Shown here: positions 46,395 to 56,881 of the stretch, piece after piece
Position numbering within the stretch: position 1 is the stretch's first letter
Layout: the number at the start of each line of letters is the position of its first letter
Source of the DNA: Alphaproteobacteria bacterium
GTDB taxonomy: Bacteria; Pseudomonadota; Alphaproteobacteria; CAAHEQ01; UBA3637
Direction: 5' to 3'
Length of the DNA: 64,000 nt
NCBI GenBank assembly: GCA_017412085.1
Contig: JAFPYS010000016.1
Span: 1,720 to 65,719 of the forward strand
Program-made: the position numbers and the translations under genes
Notes under the pieces: generated by a model
What the model was told of the DNA's origin: nothing
Seen by the model: the letters and a program-made list of their open reading frames with translations, nothing else
The model's database searches: none

Positions 46395-46820
46395 TTAACC
46401 GGCAATTCTTCCTTGATTATTTTGCTTTAACGCACCAGACATCTTAGAATTTTCATGCTCTTTTAAAATTTTCTTCAAGCCTTTTTCGGTTGGCAAAGCA
46501 GTCTTGCCACCTTTTTGCTTTTCCTTACGCCGTTGTCTTTCCCGGTAATTGTTATACATATCCCACACAATTGGTCCATATTTCATGGCCATATGGACTA
46601 ATTGCTGCATCGCAACTATCAATGCCAGGCCGCCCGTTTCAATCGCGGCACCAATTGCTATAATCGTCTTAAAAATATCGTCTATAACTTCCTCAGTTAG
46701 CGGTGCTTCTCTGTTTTTCTTGGCTTTCATTGTGGCGTAACGCATCATTAGCTTTTTGTCATGCGCATACTCTTCCTGCATTGCTGGATTATTTATGTTT
46801 TTATCTATTCCTTTTGCCAT
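46395..46820 (-). CDS. hypothetical protein with a central hydrophobic helix
   Basis: Start set at MAKGIDK (AAGGAG 9 nt upstream); the alternative starts are 6 and 33 nt further upstream. Basic C-terminus. Confidence 0.5.
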   Translation of the reverse strand: MAKGIDKNINNPAMQEEYAHDKKLMMRYATMKAKKNREAPLTEEVIDDIFKTIIAIGAAIETGGLALIVAMQQLVHMAMKYGPIVWDMYNNYRERQRRKEKQKGGKTALPTEKGLKKILKEHENSKMSGALKQNNQGRIAG

Positions 46821-46882
46821 GTTCATTTGCTCCTTCTGTCGCAATTGTCTCAAAATTACCAGCGTATGTCAACACAAAAAAA

Positions 46883-48730
46883 TCATTTCTTTTTTAAGTG
46901 TCCAATAACCGCAGTCACAGAGGCCGGCGTAATGCCGCGCATACGGCTCATCGCACCAATAGTGGCTGGACGTTCACGATCCAAACGTTCCACAATTTCA
47001 TTGGAAAGCCCTCCAACTTTATGATAATCCAGCGTATCTGGAATCTTCAGTGCTTCGTCTTTTTTAAAATCGGCAATGTCTTGTGCTTGTCGCGCCAAAT
47101 ACCCCTGATACCGCCCCTCAATTTCCAACTGTTCGGCAATTTCCGGTTCGATTTTTTTAAGCTCTGGGAACACTTCCATGACCTCTTGCCAACCCACATT
47201 TGGATAGGAAAGAAAATCAAACGGCGTGCGTTTACGACCATCCACATTGACGACAAACCCCAACTTTTTTAATTCCTTTGGTGTTTTAGATAAAGAAAGA
47301 ACTAACGCGCGTGCTTCATTTAGTTTCTTTTGTTTAGCCTTAAACATTTTCGCGCGTTCTGCGCCCACGCAACCGATTTTGATTCCCGCTGGTGTCAAAC
47401 GCAAATCGGCATTATCTGCGCGCATCGTTAAACGATATTCCGCGCGCGACGTGAACAAACGATATGGCTCATCCACCCCCAAGGTCGTGATATCATCAAT
47501 CATCACGCCCAGATAACTGTCCGCACGATCCATCGTAAATTCTTCCTTGCGCCCCAATGCTTTCAGTGCCGCATTGACACCTGCCAACAATCCCTGCCCC
47601 GCGGCTTCTTCATAACCTGTCGTGCCGTTGATTTGACCGGCCAAAAATAAGCCCGGCACCTTCTTTGTTTCCAACGTTAATTTCACTTCCCGTGGATCCA
47701 CATAATCATATTCAATCGCGTATGCATAACGCAAGATCTTAACTTTTTCCAAGCCGGGAATTGAATGAATAAAAGCGTCCTGCACATCTTTCGGCACACT
47801 GGAAGAAATCCCGTTGGGATAAATGCTTTTGCCATCCCGTGTTTCGGGTTCCAAGAAAATATGATGACTATCACGCCCCTTAAAACGTACTAGTTTTGTT
47901 TCAATACTGGGACAATAACGTGGCCCCGTCGATGTAATTTGTCCATCAAACAACGGCGCGCGATCTAAATTATCCAAAATGATTTTGTGTGTTTTTAGGG
48001 TTGTATGTGTGATATAACAAGGCACCTGTTCTTGCGGCAAGTCCTTTGTCATAAAGGAAAAAGGCCGCGGCGGATTATCTCCATCTTGGCGTTCACATAC
48101 GGACCAATCTATCGTATCACGATCCAACCGTGCCGGCGTTCCCGTTTTTAACCGGCCCAAAGTTAGACCTAATTTTTTCAGCGCCGGAGTAATACCATAG
48201 CAAGCAGGCTCACCGAAACGCCCTCCCTTTGTCTTTTCTTTACCCACATGCATGACACCATTTAAGAAAGTGCCAGTTGTCAGCACCGTTGATTTCGCGC
48301 GAACCTCTTTACCATCCACCACAACGCCCAAAACTTTACCATCCTCAATAATCAAGTCTTCCGCACTTCCTTCCAACAAATCAAGATTTGGATAATGTTT
48401 CAATTCATCCTGCATAATGCGCATATATTCTGTCTTATCGGCCTGAGCTCTGGGACCTTGCACAGCTGGTCCTTTACTGGCGTTCAACATGCGAAACTGA
48501 ATGCCCGCTTTATCTATCACACGTCCCATCACGCCATCCAAAGCGTCAATTTCGCGCACCAAAGTTCCCTTCCCTAATCCACCAATAGCAGGATTACAAG
48601 ACATATCGCCAATTGTTTTAATATGGTGTGTCACAAGCAATGTCTTTGCGCCCATACGTGCCGCCGCCGTGCAGGCTTCACAGCCCGCATGTCCACCCCC
48701 AACAACAACGACATCATATTGTTTCTTCAT
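46883..48730 (-). CDS. mnmG: tRNA uridine-5-carboxymethylaminomethyl synthesis enzyme MnmG (GidA)
   Basis: [18 protein letters not shown] motif; full-length GidA pattern. Confidence 0.95.
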   Translation of the reverse strand: MKKQYDVVVVGGGHAGCEACTAAARMGAKTLLVTHHIKTIGDMSCNPAIGGLGKGTLVREIDALDGVMGRVIDKAGIQFRMLNASKGPAVQGPRAQADKTEYMRIMQDELKHYPNLDLLEGSAEDLIIEDGKVLGVVVDGKEVRAKSTVLTTGTFLNGVMHVGKEKTKGGRFGEPACYGITPALKKLGLTLGRLKTGTPARLDRDTIDWSVCERQDGDNPPRPFSFMTKDLPQEQVPCYITHTTLKTHKIILDNLDRAPLFDGQITSTGPRYCPSIETKLVRFKGRDSHHIFLEPETRDGKSIYPNGISSSVPKDVQDAFIHSIPGLEKVKILRYAYAIEYDYVDPREVKLTLETKKVPGLFLAGQINGTTGYEEAAGQGLLAGVNAALKALGRKEEFTMDRADSYLGVMIDDITTLGVDEPYRLFTSRAEYRLTMRADNADLRLTPAGIKIGCVGAERAKMFKAKQKKLNEARALVLSLSKTPKELKKLGFVVNVDGRKRTPFDFLSYPNVGWQEVMEVFPELKKIEPEIAEQLEIEGRYQGYLARQAQDIADFKKDEALKIPDTLDYHKVGGLSNEIVERLDRERPATIGAMSRMRGITPASVTAVIGHLKKK

Positions 48731-48731
48731 T

Positions 48732-50045
48732 TTATTTTCCTATACAAAAATCCTTAAAGATAACGTCTAATAATTCGTCTACCTCTATACGACCTGTGAT
48801 ACGACCAAGCGCACGAGCTGCCAAGCGCAAATCTTCCGTTTTGAGTTCCAGTTCTGGCACTTGCAAGGCCGCACGTAAATGTTCCACACATTGTTTTAAA
48901 GCTACACGATAACGTTCCCGTGTAATCGCGGCACCCCCAGCAAAAGAATCCATCAAAATCACCCTAATTTCATCCCAAAGTTTTGCCACACCTTTTCCCG
49001 TTTTGGCAGAAATAAAAAAGTCTGTTTTATTTTCTTTTACTTTACATAAATCCGTTTTATTCCAAATAGTTAACACACGTTTTTTAAGTAAAGATTTTGG
49101 CAGTTTTTCTGTTTTAGGATATTTCTTTGCATCCTGAACAAACAAAATTAAATCTGCATTTTCCGCCTTTTTCACCGCACGACGAATTCCTTCCGCCTCA
49201 ATCTCTTCTTTGGAATCACGCAGCCCCGCTGTGTCGGCCAAAATCACTGGAAAACCAGCCACATCCAAATGTGCTTCCACAATATCACGCGTTGTTCCCG
49301 CCGTTTGAGATACAATCGCCACCTCTCGTTTTGTCAGCGCATTGATCAACGAAGATTTCCCTACATTAGGTGCGCCCAAGATTGCAATTTGATAGCCATC
49401 GCGCAAACGTTCCCCGCGCCGATCATCATCCAAATGCTTATCAATTTCTTTGATCAGTTTTTGAATATCACCATCAATTTCACGCTCTTTTTCAGGGGGA
49501 ATTTCTTCCTCTGGAAAATCAATAAAGGCCTCTGCATAGGCCAAATGATGCACCAACTTTTTGCGCCATCCTTCGTAAAGCGCACTTAAATTACCATCCA
49601 TTTGCGCCAGAGCTTGCTTGCGTTGTTCTTCCGTTTCCGCATGAACAAGGTCCAACAAACCTTCGGCTTCTGTTAAATCCATTTTACCATTGATAACAGC
49701 GCGACGCGAATACTCGCCTCGTTCCGCCGGACGCAATCCATCAATTTTGGAAAGGGCTTGCATAACCGAAGCAATGACACCTCGTCCACCATGAACTTGA
49801 TACTCCACCGTATCTTCGCCCGTAAAACTGTGCGGGGCCTTGAAGTACAAAACAACAGCGCGATCCAAAACTTTTTTACCCTCTTTTAAAGCAGAAAAAT
49901 AAACCTTACCCGCTTCCACTTTCTTGAGTGTTGTTAAACGTTTTAATGTCTCTTTTGCTTTTGGGCCAGAAACACGAATAACAGCCACGCCCGCGGTTCC
50001 AAGACCACTTGCCAGAGCATAAATCGTATCACCATTTTGATACAT
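48732..50045 (-). CDS. mnmE: tRNA modification GTPase MnmE (TrmE)
   Basis: DTIYALAS.., G domain [21 protein letters not shown]-terminal FCIGK. Confidence 0.95.
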   Translation of the reverse strand: MYQNGDTIYALASGLGTAGVAVIRVSGPKAKETLKRLTTLKKVEAGKVYFSALKEGKKVLDRAVVLYFKAPHSFTGEDTVEYQVHGGRGVIASVMQALSKIDGLRPAERGEYSRRAVINGKMDLTEAEGLLDLVHAETEEQRKQALAQMDGNLSALYEGWRKKLVHHLAYAEAFIDFPEEEIPPEKEREIDGDIQKLIKEIDKHLDDDRRGERLRDGYQIAILGAPNVGKSSLINALTKREVAIVSQTAGTTRDIVEAHLDVAGFPVILADTAGLRDSKEEIEAEGIRRAVKKAENADLILFVQDAKKYPKTEKLPKSLLKKRVLTIWNKTDLCKVKENKTDFFISAKTGKGVAKLWDEIRVILMDSFAGGAAITRERYRVALKQCVEHLRAALQVPELELKTEDLRLAARALGRITGRIEVDELLDVIFKDFCIGK

Positions 50046-50666
50046 TTATAATTCCTCCACAATCTTATAAATCTCACCACGCAGAGCAGCTATATTCAAT
50101 CCATTTTCGCTGCTTGTCACCAACATTTCTGGATAACATGCCACATGCTTTTTCCCTTCATCCATTGTGTTGGCTAACACCTGATTTAATTCAGATTCTT
50201 TTACCTTGTCGGCTTTTGTTAAAATGATTTGATACGTCACTGCAGCGCGATCCAACATAACCATAATATCTTTATCTACTTTCTTTAGGCCATGCCGTGC
50301 ATCAATCAACAAAAAAACGCGCTTTAATTGTTGGCGACCACGCAAATAAGCATGAATCAACTGGGTCCACGCTTGTACGGTTGCACGCGGTGCGCTGGCA
50401 AATCCATAACCCGGCAAATCCACCAAGAAAAACCGTGTTCCTACTTTAAAAAAATTTAACTCTTGTGTCCGCCCCGGGGTGTTACTAGCGCGGGCAATAA
50501 CCTGTCCCGTTAGAGCATTTATTAAAGACGATTTACCCACATTAGAACGTCCAGCAAAAGCAATTTCCGGCAAGCGCAGCTTAGGCAAATCTGTCTCACA
50601 ACGGGCCCCGCGTTCAAATTGAACGCCATCAGCAAACAATTGCTTTCCCCGCTCTTCAAAGGCCAT
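50046..50666 (-). CDS. engB: ribosome biogenesis GTPase YihA/EngB
   Basis: [30 protein letters not shown]. Confidence 0.92.
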   Translation of the reverse strand: MAFEERGKQLFADGVQFERGARCETDLPKLRLPEIAFAGRSNVGKSSLINALTGQVIARASNTPGRTQELNFFKVGTRFFLVDLPGYGFASAPRATVQAWTQLIHAYLRGRQQLKRVFLLIDARHGLKKVDKDIMVMLDRAAVTYQIILTKADKVKESELNQVLANTMDEGKKHVACYPEMLVTSSENGLNIAALRGEIYKIVEEL

Positions 50667-52304
50667 TTATCCCACCTTTTTCATAATATATTTTTGTTGT
50701 GCGATGGACAAGATATTACTCCACGTCCAATAAATAATCAAACCAACCGCGAATTGCCCCATCATAAATGTAAAGATGATTGGCATATACTTGAACATAT
50801 TCATTTGAGCCTTATCCGCCCCCGCCGGCTGAGGTGCCATGCGTTGTTGAATATACATTGTCAATCCCATTAAAACAGGCATCAACCCCAGATTCAAAAA
50901 GCTTGGGATCGGCCAAGGAACAAGCCCAAACAAAGTAAACACAGAGCTTGGATCTGGCGCAGATAAGTCCTTGATCCAACCAAAGAAAGGAGCCTGACGC
51001 ATTTGAAGCGATACCGACAACACTTTATACAAGGCAAAAAATACTGGAATCTGAATCAACATCGGCAAACACCCACCGGCAGGATTTACTTTTTCACGCT
51101 TATACAACGCCACCATTTCTTGTTGCAAACGCATACGATCATCTTTATAGCGTGCCTGCAATTCCTTTAATTGTGGCTGAATTTTCTTCATTTTTGCCAT
51201 TGAAATATAAGATTTTGTCGCAATCGGTAACAGTGCCAAACGCAACAACGTTGCGAACACCAGAATTGCAATACCCATGTTCCCCACCAAGGCATATAAC
51301 CATTGCAAGAAATACAAAAACGGCTTTGTTAAGAAATAAAACCAACCAAAATCTATTGTTAAATCGAATTTTGGAATATCCAACGTCTTTTGGTAAGCAT
51401 TTATCAAATTCAAATCTTTTGCACCAGCAAACAAATGAGTTGTCTTAGTTACCGTGGCTCCAGGCATCACTTTTTGTTGCCTTGTTTGGAACGAAGCAAC
51501 ATACCAACCATCCTGTTGCTGATTAGTATATTCAACTGTCTGATCTTGATCCGGAATAAAAATTGTTTGCCAATATTTATCGGTTATTCCCGTCCAACCA
51601 CCTTTTGTTTGGTAAGAAATCTCTTTCTTTTCCACCCCATCATACGCCGTTTCACGCAAACGATTATCCACCAATGACACAAAACCTGTATGAACGGAAG
51701 TTCTTTCTTGTGTCACATCATCTACCGCTCTACTTACAACACCACTTAAAGATACCAAAACGGGTTCTTTTCCCGTATTTGTCAATGTGTCCACAATGGT
51801 GAACATATAATTGTCATCCACACTGATTTGACGCGTCAAATGAAGTCCAGATCCACTCCATGTAAATGTGACGGGCGTTTCCGCAGAAACGGTTTCACCT
51901 GACACCTTCCATTCCGCCATCTTTTCAGGCAACAACGTCGATCCGTTCCACTTTAAATAAGCGATATATTTGTCTGACAACAACTCTACATCTGGACTAT
52001 CTTTGGCAATTGTTTGTTTATATTTTGTCAATTCCAAGGCATCAAAAACCCCACCATTCAGTGCAAGCCGCCCCTTCAAGGATTCGTTTTCAACTGCAAC
52101 ATGAGGTACAGAATCAGGAATGTTTTTTGTTACAATCTCTTCTTGCTTTACAAAAACTTGCTCAGCAGGCTCTTGCGTATCTGCCGCTTGTTCTTGTGCT
52201 GGTTTTGACAAATATTGGAAACCAAATAACACTGCAATAATCAGTATCATGCTCCACATCATGGAACGTTGTTCAGATTGAATTTGTTTTGGTGTTTGTT
52301 GCAT
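50667..52304 (-). CDS. yidC: membrane protein insertase YidC
   Basis: 545 aa. N-terminal TM helix, periplasmic P1 domain, and a conserved C-terminal 5-TM core (GCLPMLIQIPVFFALY). Confidence 0.93.
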   Translation of the reverse strand: MQQTPKQIQSEQRSMMWSMILIIAVLFGFQYLSKPAQEQAADTQEPAEQVFVKQEEIVTKNIPDSVPHVAVENESLKGRLALNGGVFDALELTKYKQTIAKDSPDVELLSDKYIAYLKWNGSTLLPEKMAEWKVSGETVSAETPVTFTWSGSGLHLTRQISVDDNYMFTIVDTLTNTGKEPVLVSLSGVVSRAVDDVTQERTSVHTGFVSLVDNRLRETAYDGVEKKEISYQTKGGWTGITDKYWQTIFIPDQDQTVEYTNQQQDGWYVASFQTRQQKVMPGATVTKTTHLFAGAKDLNLINAYQKTLDIPKFDLTIDFGWFYFLTKPFLYFLQWLYALVGNMGIAILVFATLLRLALLPIATKSYISMAKMKKIQPQLKELQARYKDDRMRLQQEMVALYKREKVNPAGGCLPMLIQIPVFFALYKVLSVSLQMRQAPFFGWIKDLSAPDPSSVFTLFGLVPWPIPSFLNLGLMPVLMGLTMYIQQRMAPQPAGADKAQMNMFKYMPIIFTFMMGQFAVGLIIYWTWSNILSIAQQKYIMKKVG

Positions 52305-52328
52305 TGTATCCCTTTCTGTTTTCTGCGT

Positions 52329-52357
52329 ATTTTAGCCGAAATAAAAACAAAAATCAA
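52329..52357 (-). promoter_or_regulatory. promoter for yidC-engB-mnmE-mnmG
   Basis: Minus strand TTGATT, 17 nt spacer, TAAAAT. The four genes are packed with 0-1 nt gaps. Confidence 0.55.
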
Positions 52358-52371
52358 TGTTATTTTTTTGC

Positions 52372-52399
52372 TTGACATTTCGGAATTTTTATCTACTAT
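52372..52399 (+). promoter_or_regulatory. promoter for the giant cysteine-rich protein gene
   Basis: TTGACA, 16 nt spacer, TACTAT, followed by a GAGAAGGGA RBS and the ATG at 52419. Confidence 0.6.
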
Positions 52400-52418
52400 T
52401 GTGAGAAGGGACTGGATC

Positions 52419-55406
52419 ATGCACAAGATTGTTATATTCATATCTATTCTGTTGTTTTCACTTTCTGCTTTTGCCTTTGGCGGCGGCGGTGGCGGCGGTG
52501 GTCGCAGCGCAAATCGCACCAATGAGCGCTATAAATCTGGTGTAGATAGCTTGGGTATCCACGTCGATGGCAAAGGTAACAAACCAGATATAACCTTTAC
52601 TTGTGATGATCCAAATGCAACACCAGATTCCTATGGTGTTTGCTCCTGCAACGAAGGATATAAAAAAGAAAATGACACATGCGTTCAGGATGCTTGCCAA
52701 GGATTTACTCCAAACGGCTGTATCACAGACTGCACCTCCTCCAATGGGCAAGCTTCTTACACAGAATGCAACAATTCAGGAATCTGTATTAGCAATCAAT
52801 GCCAATACGATCCTATAATCCCCGATCCAATTGAATGCAATCCTTCATGTGGCGAATGCTTAACTTGTGATACATCAAATGGCACATGTGTTATTGATGA
52901 AAATCAAGAAGATCAGCCCTGTACAAACGGTGCTTGCAAAGCAGGCGCCTGTACGAATTTATGCCAAGGGATAACACCTGATGTATGTATGAAGTGTAAT
53001 CCTCAAACAGGAAATCAGGAAATAGACACCACTCAGGATACACAACCCTGTGAAATCGGATCTATCTGTGATGCAGGATTTTGCGTTTGCGATTTCAGCC
53101 AGCATCTTGAAGGGTCGGCTGGCGCTTGCACGTGTCAACAAGGCTACTATGGTTCCGCATCTACACAATGTAATGAATGTCCAACTAATGCTTCTTGTCC
53201 CGGCGGCGAGACCTTCAGTTGTCAAAATGGTTATGAATCCAATGGCAGCGCATGTGTTTGTAACACACAAAAATTTATCAATGCTCAAGGAGCGTGTGAT
53301 ACATGTCCGACCCAAGCTACCTGTGATGGCACGGCGAACTTTACTTGCGGCGACTGGGCAAAACAAGGTGACACCTGCGTTGATCCTTGCTTGGGCCAAA
53401 CACCAACAGGATGCATAAAAACCTTAAAAGCTGCGGCGGGAAGTTGTGTTCCAGATCAATACTATACGGCATCGGAACATTATGTTTGCGCCGAAAATAA
53501 GGAATGTAACGATCAACAACAGTGCGTCTGTGTTGGATACATGAAAAATACTGTTTGCACCGCCTGTCCAGAAAAGGCACAATGCGATGGAACGAATTTC
53601 ACATGTAATGCCAGCTATTACAAGGATGGCGATGGTTGCACCTTGTGTGACACCACCAAAGGTGAGTTCATGGACAACGGAACATGCAAATGTGACAATA
53701 ATAACAACTACTATGGCACTCCAGGCTCTTGTTCCCTTTGCAATGCAACTGGCAAAATCTTAAACGGTAACACATGTGTTTGCGATCAAACACACCACTT
53801 TGTAGGCGATGATGTTTGTTCTTGTGACACTGCAAATGGTTGGAATCCAGATCCTGATGGCCTATGTATTCAATGCACACAAACAGGCACCGTTTATGAT
53901 CCTGGCACAAAAACTTGCATCTGTGATGAGTCAGCTCATTGGGTAAGCGATGGTATTAATTCTTGTCAATGTGCAACAAATTATCAGCCCAAACAAGAAA
54001 ATGCTACCACTACCTGCGTTTTAGATCCTTGTATTGCAATCCGCACACAGCATGCAAAATGTTTGAATCAATGCGAATCTGAAGCTGGCGTTGTGACAAC
54101 CGAAAACTATAACACGCTTTGCAGCAGCACAAACGATCCTACAGAAAATGATAATTGGATCTGCAATACCGAAACACACGCATGTGAAGATCCATGTACA
54201 ATCGGCGAACACAATATAGATGAATGCACCCTTAATTGGAATGCCAGCCACGGGGTCTGTGTTCCTGAATATGCCAGCACAACAACAAGTTGCACAATTA
54301 ATGGCAAATCCGGCTTCCTCTGTGATGGTGAGGGACATTGTAGATGCCCAGAAGGATCTTACATAACCGATACAGACGGCACATGTGCTGCATGTCCTAT
54401 ATCAGATGCAGACCACCTGTCCAGTAGCAATGGTTTGTCCAACACAGAATGTAACCAATGTGCTGATGCCTGGTATCAAGATGGCACATGTTATAGTTCC
54501 TGTCCAAATCCAGACACTTATTGGAGAACCAGTGATACAGGCGCATCCTGTGTTTCGTGTGACAACAAAAAAACTGCAAGCACACCTATCAGCGTAGAAT
54601 CCTGTGCAAAATGTGCTGGATTGCGTTACATAGAGCCAAACAAGTCTGGTGGACCGAAATGTTGGTCATGCAATCAATCCAAAACAACCAGCACCTATGC
54701 ATTCACTGGTAGCAACGGATTCAGAGGTGGATATGAAGCTCGTTTACAAGAATTTATTGATTTATGTAACGCCTGTCCTAATAGATTCTATAATGAAGAA
54801 ACCCACAAATGTGAGTGCTTAAACGTGGCGGGCAGTACATGTTGTGAGATTGGAAAAGTCGCGATGGATGGTCAATGCGTCTCTGCGTCATTAACTTGTA
54901 CAAGTGGTACTACTTTCTACAGCTATGATACACATTCATGTCTCCCGTGTGGAACAGAAGGGCACAAAGCAGATCGAACGACATGTGATGCGTGTGGTAT
55001 GGTCTATCTCACCAGCGACAGTACTTGCCACAACAAACCGCCCCTAGGTCAACTTATGGATAACAATGGAAATGTCTTTGACTGTACCTCTACCGTCACT
55101 GTTTTAGGTGTTACTTCACAAAGCATGTGCCAAGAGTCTTGTTCAAATCGTTTTTATTCTGACCGTACCTCTAGAACAGATTGTATTAGATGTGATGCCG
55201 CCGATGCCTATCCATCAACCGCATCTGAGTGCTCAAAATGTGCGAGTAATCGAACATTTAATGCGGACACAGGTCTATGCAGTTGCGCTGTAACCAAAAA
55301 AACAGTAACCCGTATGGTATCCGATTGGGATCCCGAAACACACACATTCTTACCTCCGGCAGAGAAAAAGGTTTCAATTTGTCCTAGACCAGAGGATGAG
55401 GAATAA
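52419..55406 (+). CDS. 995-aa secreted hyper-cysteine-rich repeat protein (EGF/furin/VSP-like CxxC modules)
   Basis: Start at MHKIVIF, downstream of the promoter and RBS; the 1045-aa ORF start lies upstream of that promoter. Signal peptide ..SLSAFA, then Gly8, then continuous Cys-rich modules. No TM helix or other anchor. Confidence 0.8.
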   Translation: MHKIVIFISILLFSLSAFAFGGGGGGGGRSANRTNERYKSGVDSLGIHVDGKGNKPDITFTCDDPNATPDSYGVCSCNEGYKKENDTCVQDACQGFTPNGCITDCTSSNGQASYTECNNSGICISNQCQYDPIIPDPIECNPSCGECLTCDTSNGTCVIDENQEDQPCTNGACKAGACTNLCQGITPDVCMKCNPQTGNQEIDTTQDTQPCEIGSICDAGFCVCDFSQHLEGSAGACTCQQGYYGSASTQCNECPTNASCPGGETFSCQNGYESNGSACVCNTQKFINAQGACDTCPTQATCDGTANFTCGDWAKQGDTCVDPCLGQTPTGCIKTLKAAAGSCVPDQYYTASEHYVCAENKECNDQQQCVCVGYMKNTVCTACPEKAQCDGTNFTCNASYYKDGDGCTLCDTTKGEFMDNGTCKCDNNNNYYGTPGSCSLCNATGKILNGNTCVCDQTHHFVGDDVCSCDTANGWNPDPDGLCIQCTQTGTVYDPGTKTCICDESAHWVSDGINSCQCATNYQPKQENATTTCVLDPCIAIRTQHAKCLNQCESEAGVVTTENYNTLCSSTNDPTENDNWICNTETHACEDPCTIGEHNIDECTLNWNASHGVCVPEYASTTTSCTINGKSGFLCDGEGHCRCPEGSYITDTDGTCAACPISDADHLSSSNGLSNTECNQCADAWYQDGTCYSSCPNPDTYWRTSDTGASCVSCDNKKTASTPISVESCAKCAGLRYIEPNKSGGPKCWSCNQSKTTSTYAFTGSNGFRGGYEARLQEFIDLCNACPNRFYNEETHKCECLNVAGSTCCEIGKVAMDGQCVSASLTCTSGTTFYSYDTHSCLPCGTEGHKADRTTCDACGMVYLTSDSTCHNKPPLGQLMDNNGNVFDCTSTVTVLGVTSQSMCQESCSNRFYSDRTSRTDCIRCDAADAYPSTASECSKCASNRTFNADTGLCSCAVTKKTVTRMVSDWDPETHTFLPPAEKKVSICPRPEDEE
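52479..52502 (+). repeat. (GGY)8 trinucleotide tract encoding Gly8
   Basis: ggcggcggcggtggcggcggtggt, immediately after the signal peptide. Confidence 0.9.
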
Positions 55407-55432
55407 GAATAATAAGAAGAAGGGAGGGTAAG

Positions 55433-56347
55433 ATGAAATTTTTAAATATATTACTTTGTTGTATTTCCTTGAGTGTAATGTCCACGGCTTATGCTCAATC
55501 CATACAAGAGTTGGAATCCTGTCAAGCGATTGTTTTACAAGCTGAAGAAGATGGTAATACTGAAGTTTATGATGAATGTGGTTTCAATGACTTACAAACC
55601 GCCATAGCTTATTGGGTACCATTGGCCGAGGAAAATGGATGGGGAAATGCATTATACGAAATCTATACACGTCACCCCACATATCCAAATATTAAAAAAT
55701 ATCTTTATAAGGCTGCCGAATTTCAACAACCTCAAGCATTAGTTATGGTTGCTGATGAGTTATTTGAGCAAAAGAAAATTCCAGAGGCTATGCGTTATTA
55801 TAATGTGGCCATTCAATCTGGGATGTTAGATGAAAACACTCAAGGAACCATTACTGGACGTTTGGCTGTCATGTATGCCGATCCAGACAGCCCCTACTAT
55901 GATCCCCAAAAAGCGTTGCCCTTATTGCAAAAAGCGACGCAACAACGCCAAGCATTACCCAACAACATTATGGGCACTCTTACTTTGTTTGGTTTGGATG
56001 GCGCACAACAAAATGCGGCAGAAGCTTTTAAATATTATTGGCGTGCAATTTTACTTGGTTGTCCGGCCGCTGAGGAAAACTTGGGCTTTTTCTTGTTGGC
56101 CAAAAACAACAAGATAGATATAAAAACTCTTATTCAAGAACTCAAATCGCGCACTTATTCTTGTGATCCAGTTCCCGAAACATCCCTGGCTTATCCTCCC
56201 TACCATTTAACATACACACCTCAACAATGTGCGGACATTAATTACTATGCCCAACGGCTGGTTGACACTTCTTTGCCATTTAAAGGAAAAGAAGAATGTG
56301 CATACAGCTCGGATATGTCAGACATGGCCCAAATTTTATCCAAGTAA
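55433..56347 (+). CDS. secreted Sel1-like (SLR/TPR) repeat protein
   Basis: 304 aa. Signal peptide ..STAYA and Sel1-type A..YY..A...G......LG..Y repeats. Starts 26 nt after the giant gene with a GGGAGGG RBS. Confidence 0.7.
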   Translation: MKFLNILLCCISLSVMSTAYAQSIQELESCQAIVLQAEEDGNTEVYDECGFNDLQTAIAYWVPLAEENGWGNALYEIYTRHPTYPNIKKYLYKAAEFQQPQALVMVADELFEQKKIPEAMRYYNVAIQSGMLDENTQGTITGRLAVMYADPDSPYYDPQKALPLLQKATQQRQALPNNIMGTLTLFGLDGAQQNAAEAFKYYWRAILLGCPAAEENLGFFLLAKNNKIDIKTLIQELKSRTYSCDPVPETSLAYPPYHLTYTPQQCADINYYAQRLVDTSLPFKGKEECAYSSDMSDMAQILSK

Positions 56348-56355
56348 AAAAGTGC

Positions 56356-56384
56356 TTGCATTTTAATTTAAAATCTGGTATAAT
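56356..56384 (+). promoter_or_regulatory. promoter for rpsF-rpsR-rplI
   Basis: TTGCAT, 17 nt spacer, TATAAT. Confidence 0.7.
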
Positions 56385-56390
56385 CTTGCC

Positions 56391-56502
56391 ATTCCGGTAA
56401 TCCTTGCTCGCTCCGGATGCGGGCTATGTTTCAGGTGGGTGCGCCAAAAAGGCTCATTCGCATAAATCGAAACGAGAAAAACCATAAGGAGAGGTAGAAA
56501 AT
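56391..56502 (+). promoter_or_regulatory. structured ~110-nt 5' leader of rpsF (candidate S6:S18 autoregulatory element)
   Basis: Unusually long, GC-enriched leader with complementary segments (ccgg..ccgg, gctcgctccggatgcgggc) between the promoter and the AAGGAGAGG RBS. Confidence 0.35.
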
Positions 56503-56880
56503 ATGCCCTTTTATGAAAATGTATTTATCGCACGCCAAGATTTAACACCCGCAAAGGTGAAAGAATTGGCCGATAAGTTTGCTGCTGTTATCAAAGAAAA
56601 CGGTGGCGTTGTTGCAAAAACCGAAGATTGGGGTTTGCGCGATTTAGCTTATAAAATTCAAAAGAACCGCAAAGGTTATTACACCATGTTGGCCATTGAT
56701 GCGCCAGCTCCTGCGGTGATCGAAATGGAACGTTTAATGCGTTTAGATGAAAACGTATTGCGTCATTTAACCATCAAAGTGGATGCCTTGGAAGAAGGCC
56801 CATCTGCTATGTTGGAAGTGCGTTCCAAACGTCAAAAAGACGATAAGTTTGATATTGAAATTGAGAAAGCTGAGGTGTAA
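56503..56880 (+). CDS. rpsF: 30S ribosomal protein S6
   Basis: [14 protein letters not shown]...DWGLRDLAY pattern. Confidence 0.95.
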   Translation: MPFYENVFIARQDLTPAKVKELADKFAAVIKENGGVVAKTEDWGLRDLAYKIQKNRKGYYTMLAIDAPAPAVIEMERLMRLDENVLRHLTIKVDALEEGPSAMLEVRSKRQKDDKFDIEIEKAEV

Positions 56881-56881
56881 G

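Noticed and set aside
52259-52522. Minus-strand 87-aa ORF with a PPPPPPPP run, and the 50-aa N-terminal extension of the 52269 ORF
   Set aside because: The poly-Pro is simply the antisense of the Gly8 tract. The extension starts upstream of the mapped promoter and RBS and lacks a signal peptide, whereas Met at 52419 gives a textbook signal peptide.
52959-54597. Multiple overlapping ORFs on both strands inside the giant cysteine-rich gene
   Set aside because: All are nested in a single continuous 995-codon frame with consistent Cys periodicity, and none has its own initiation signals.
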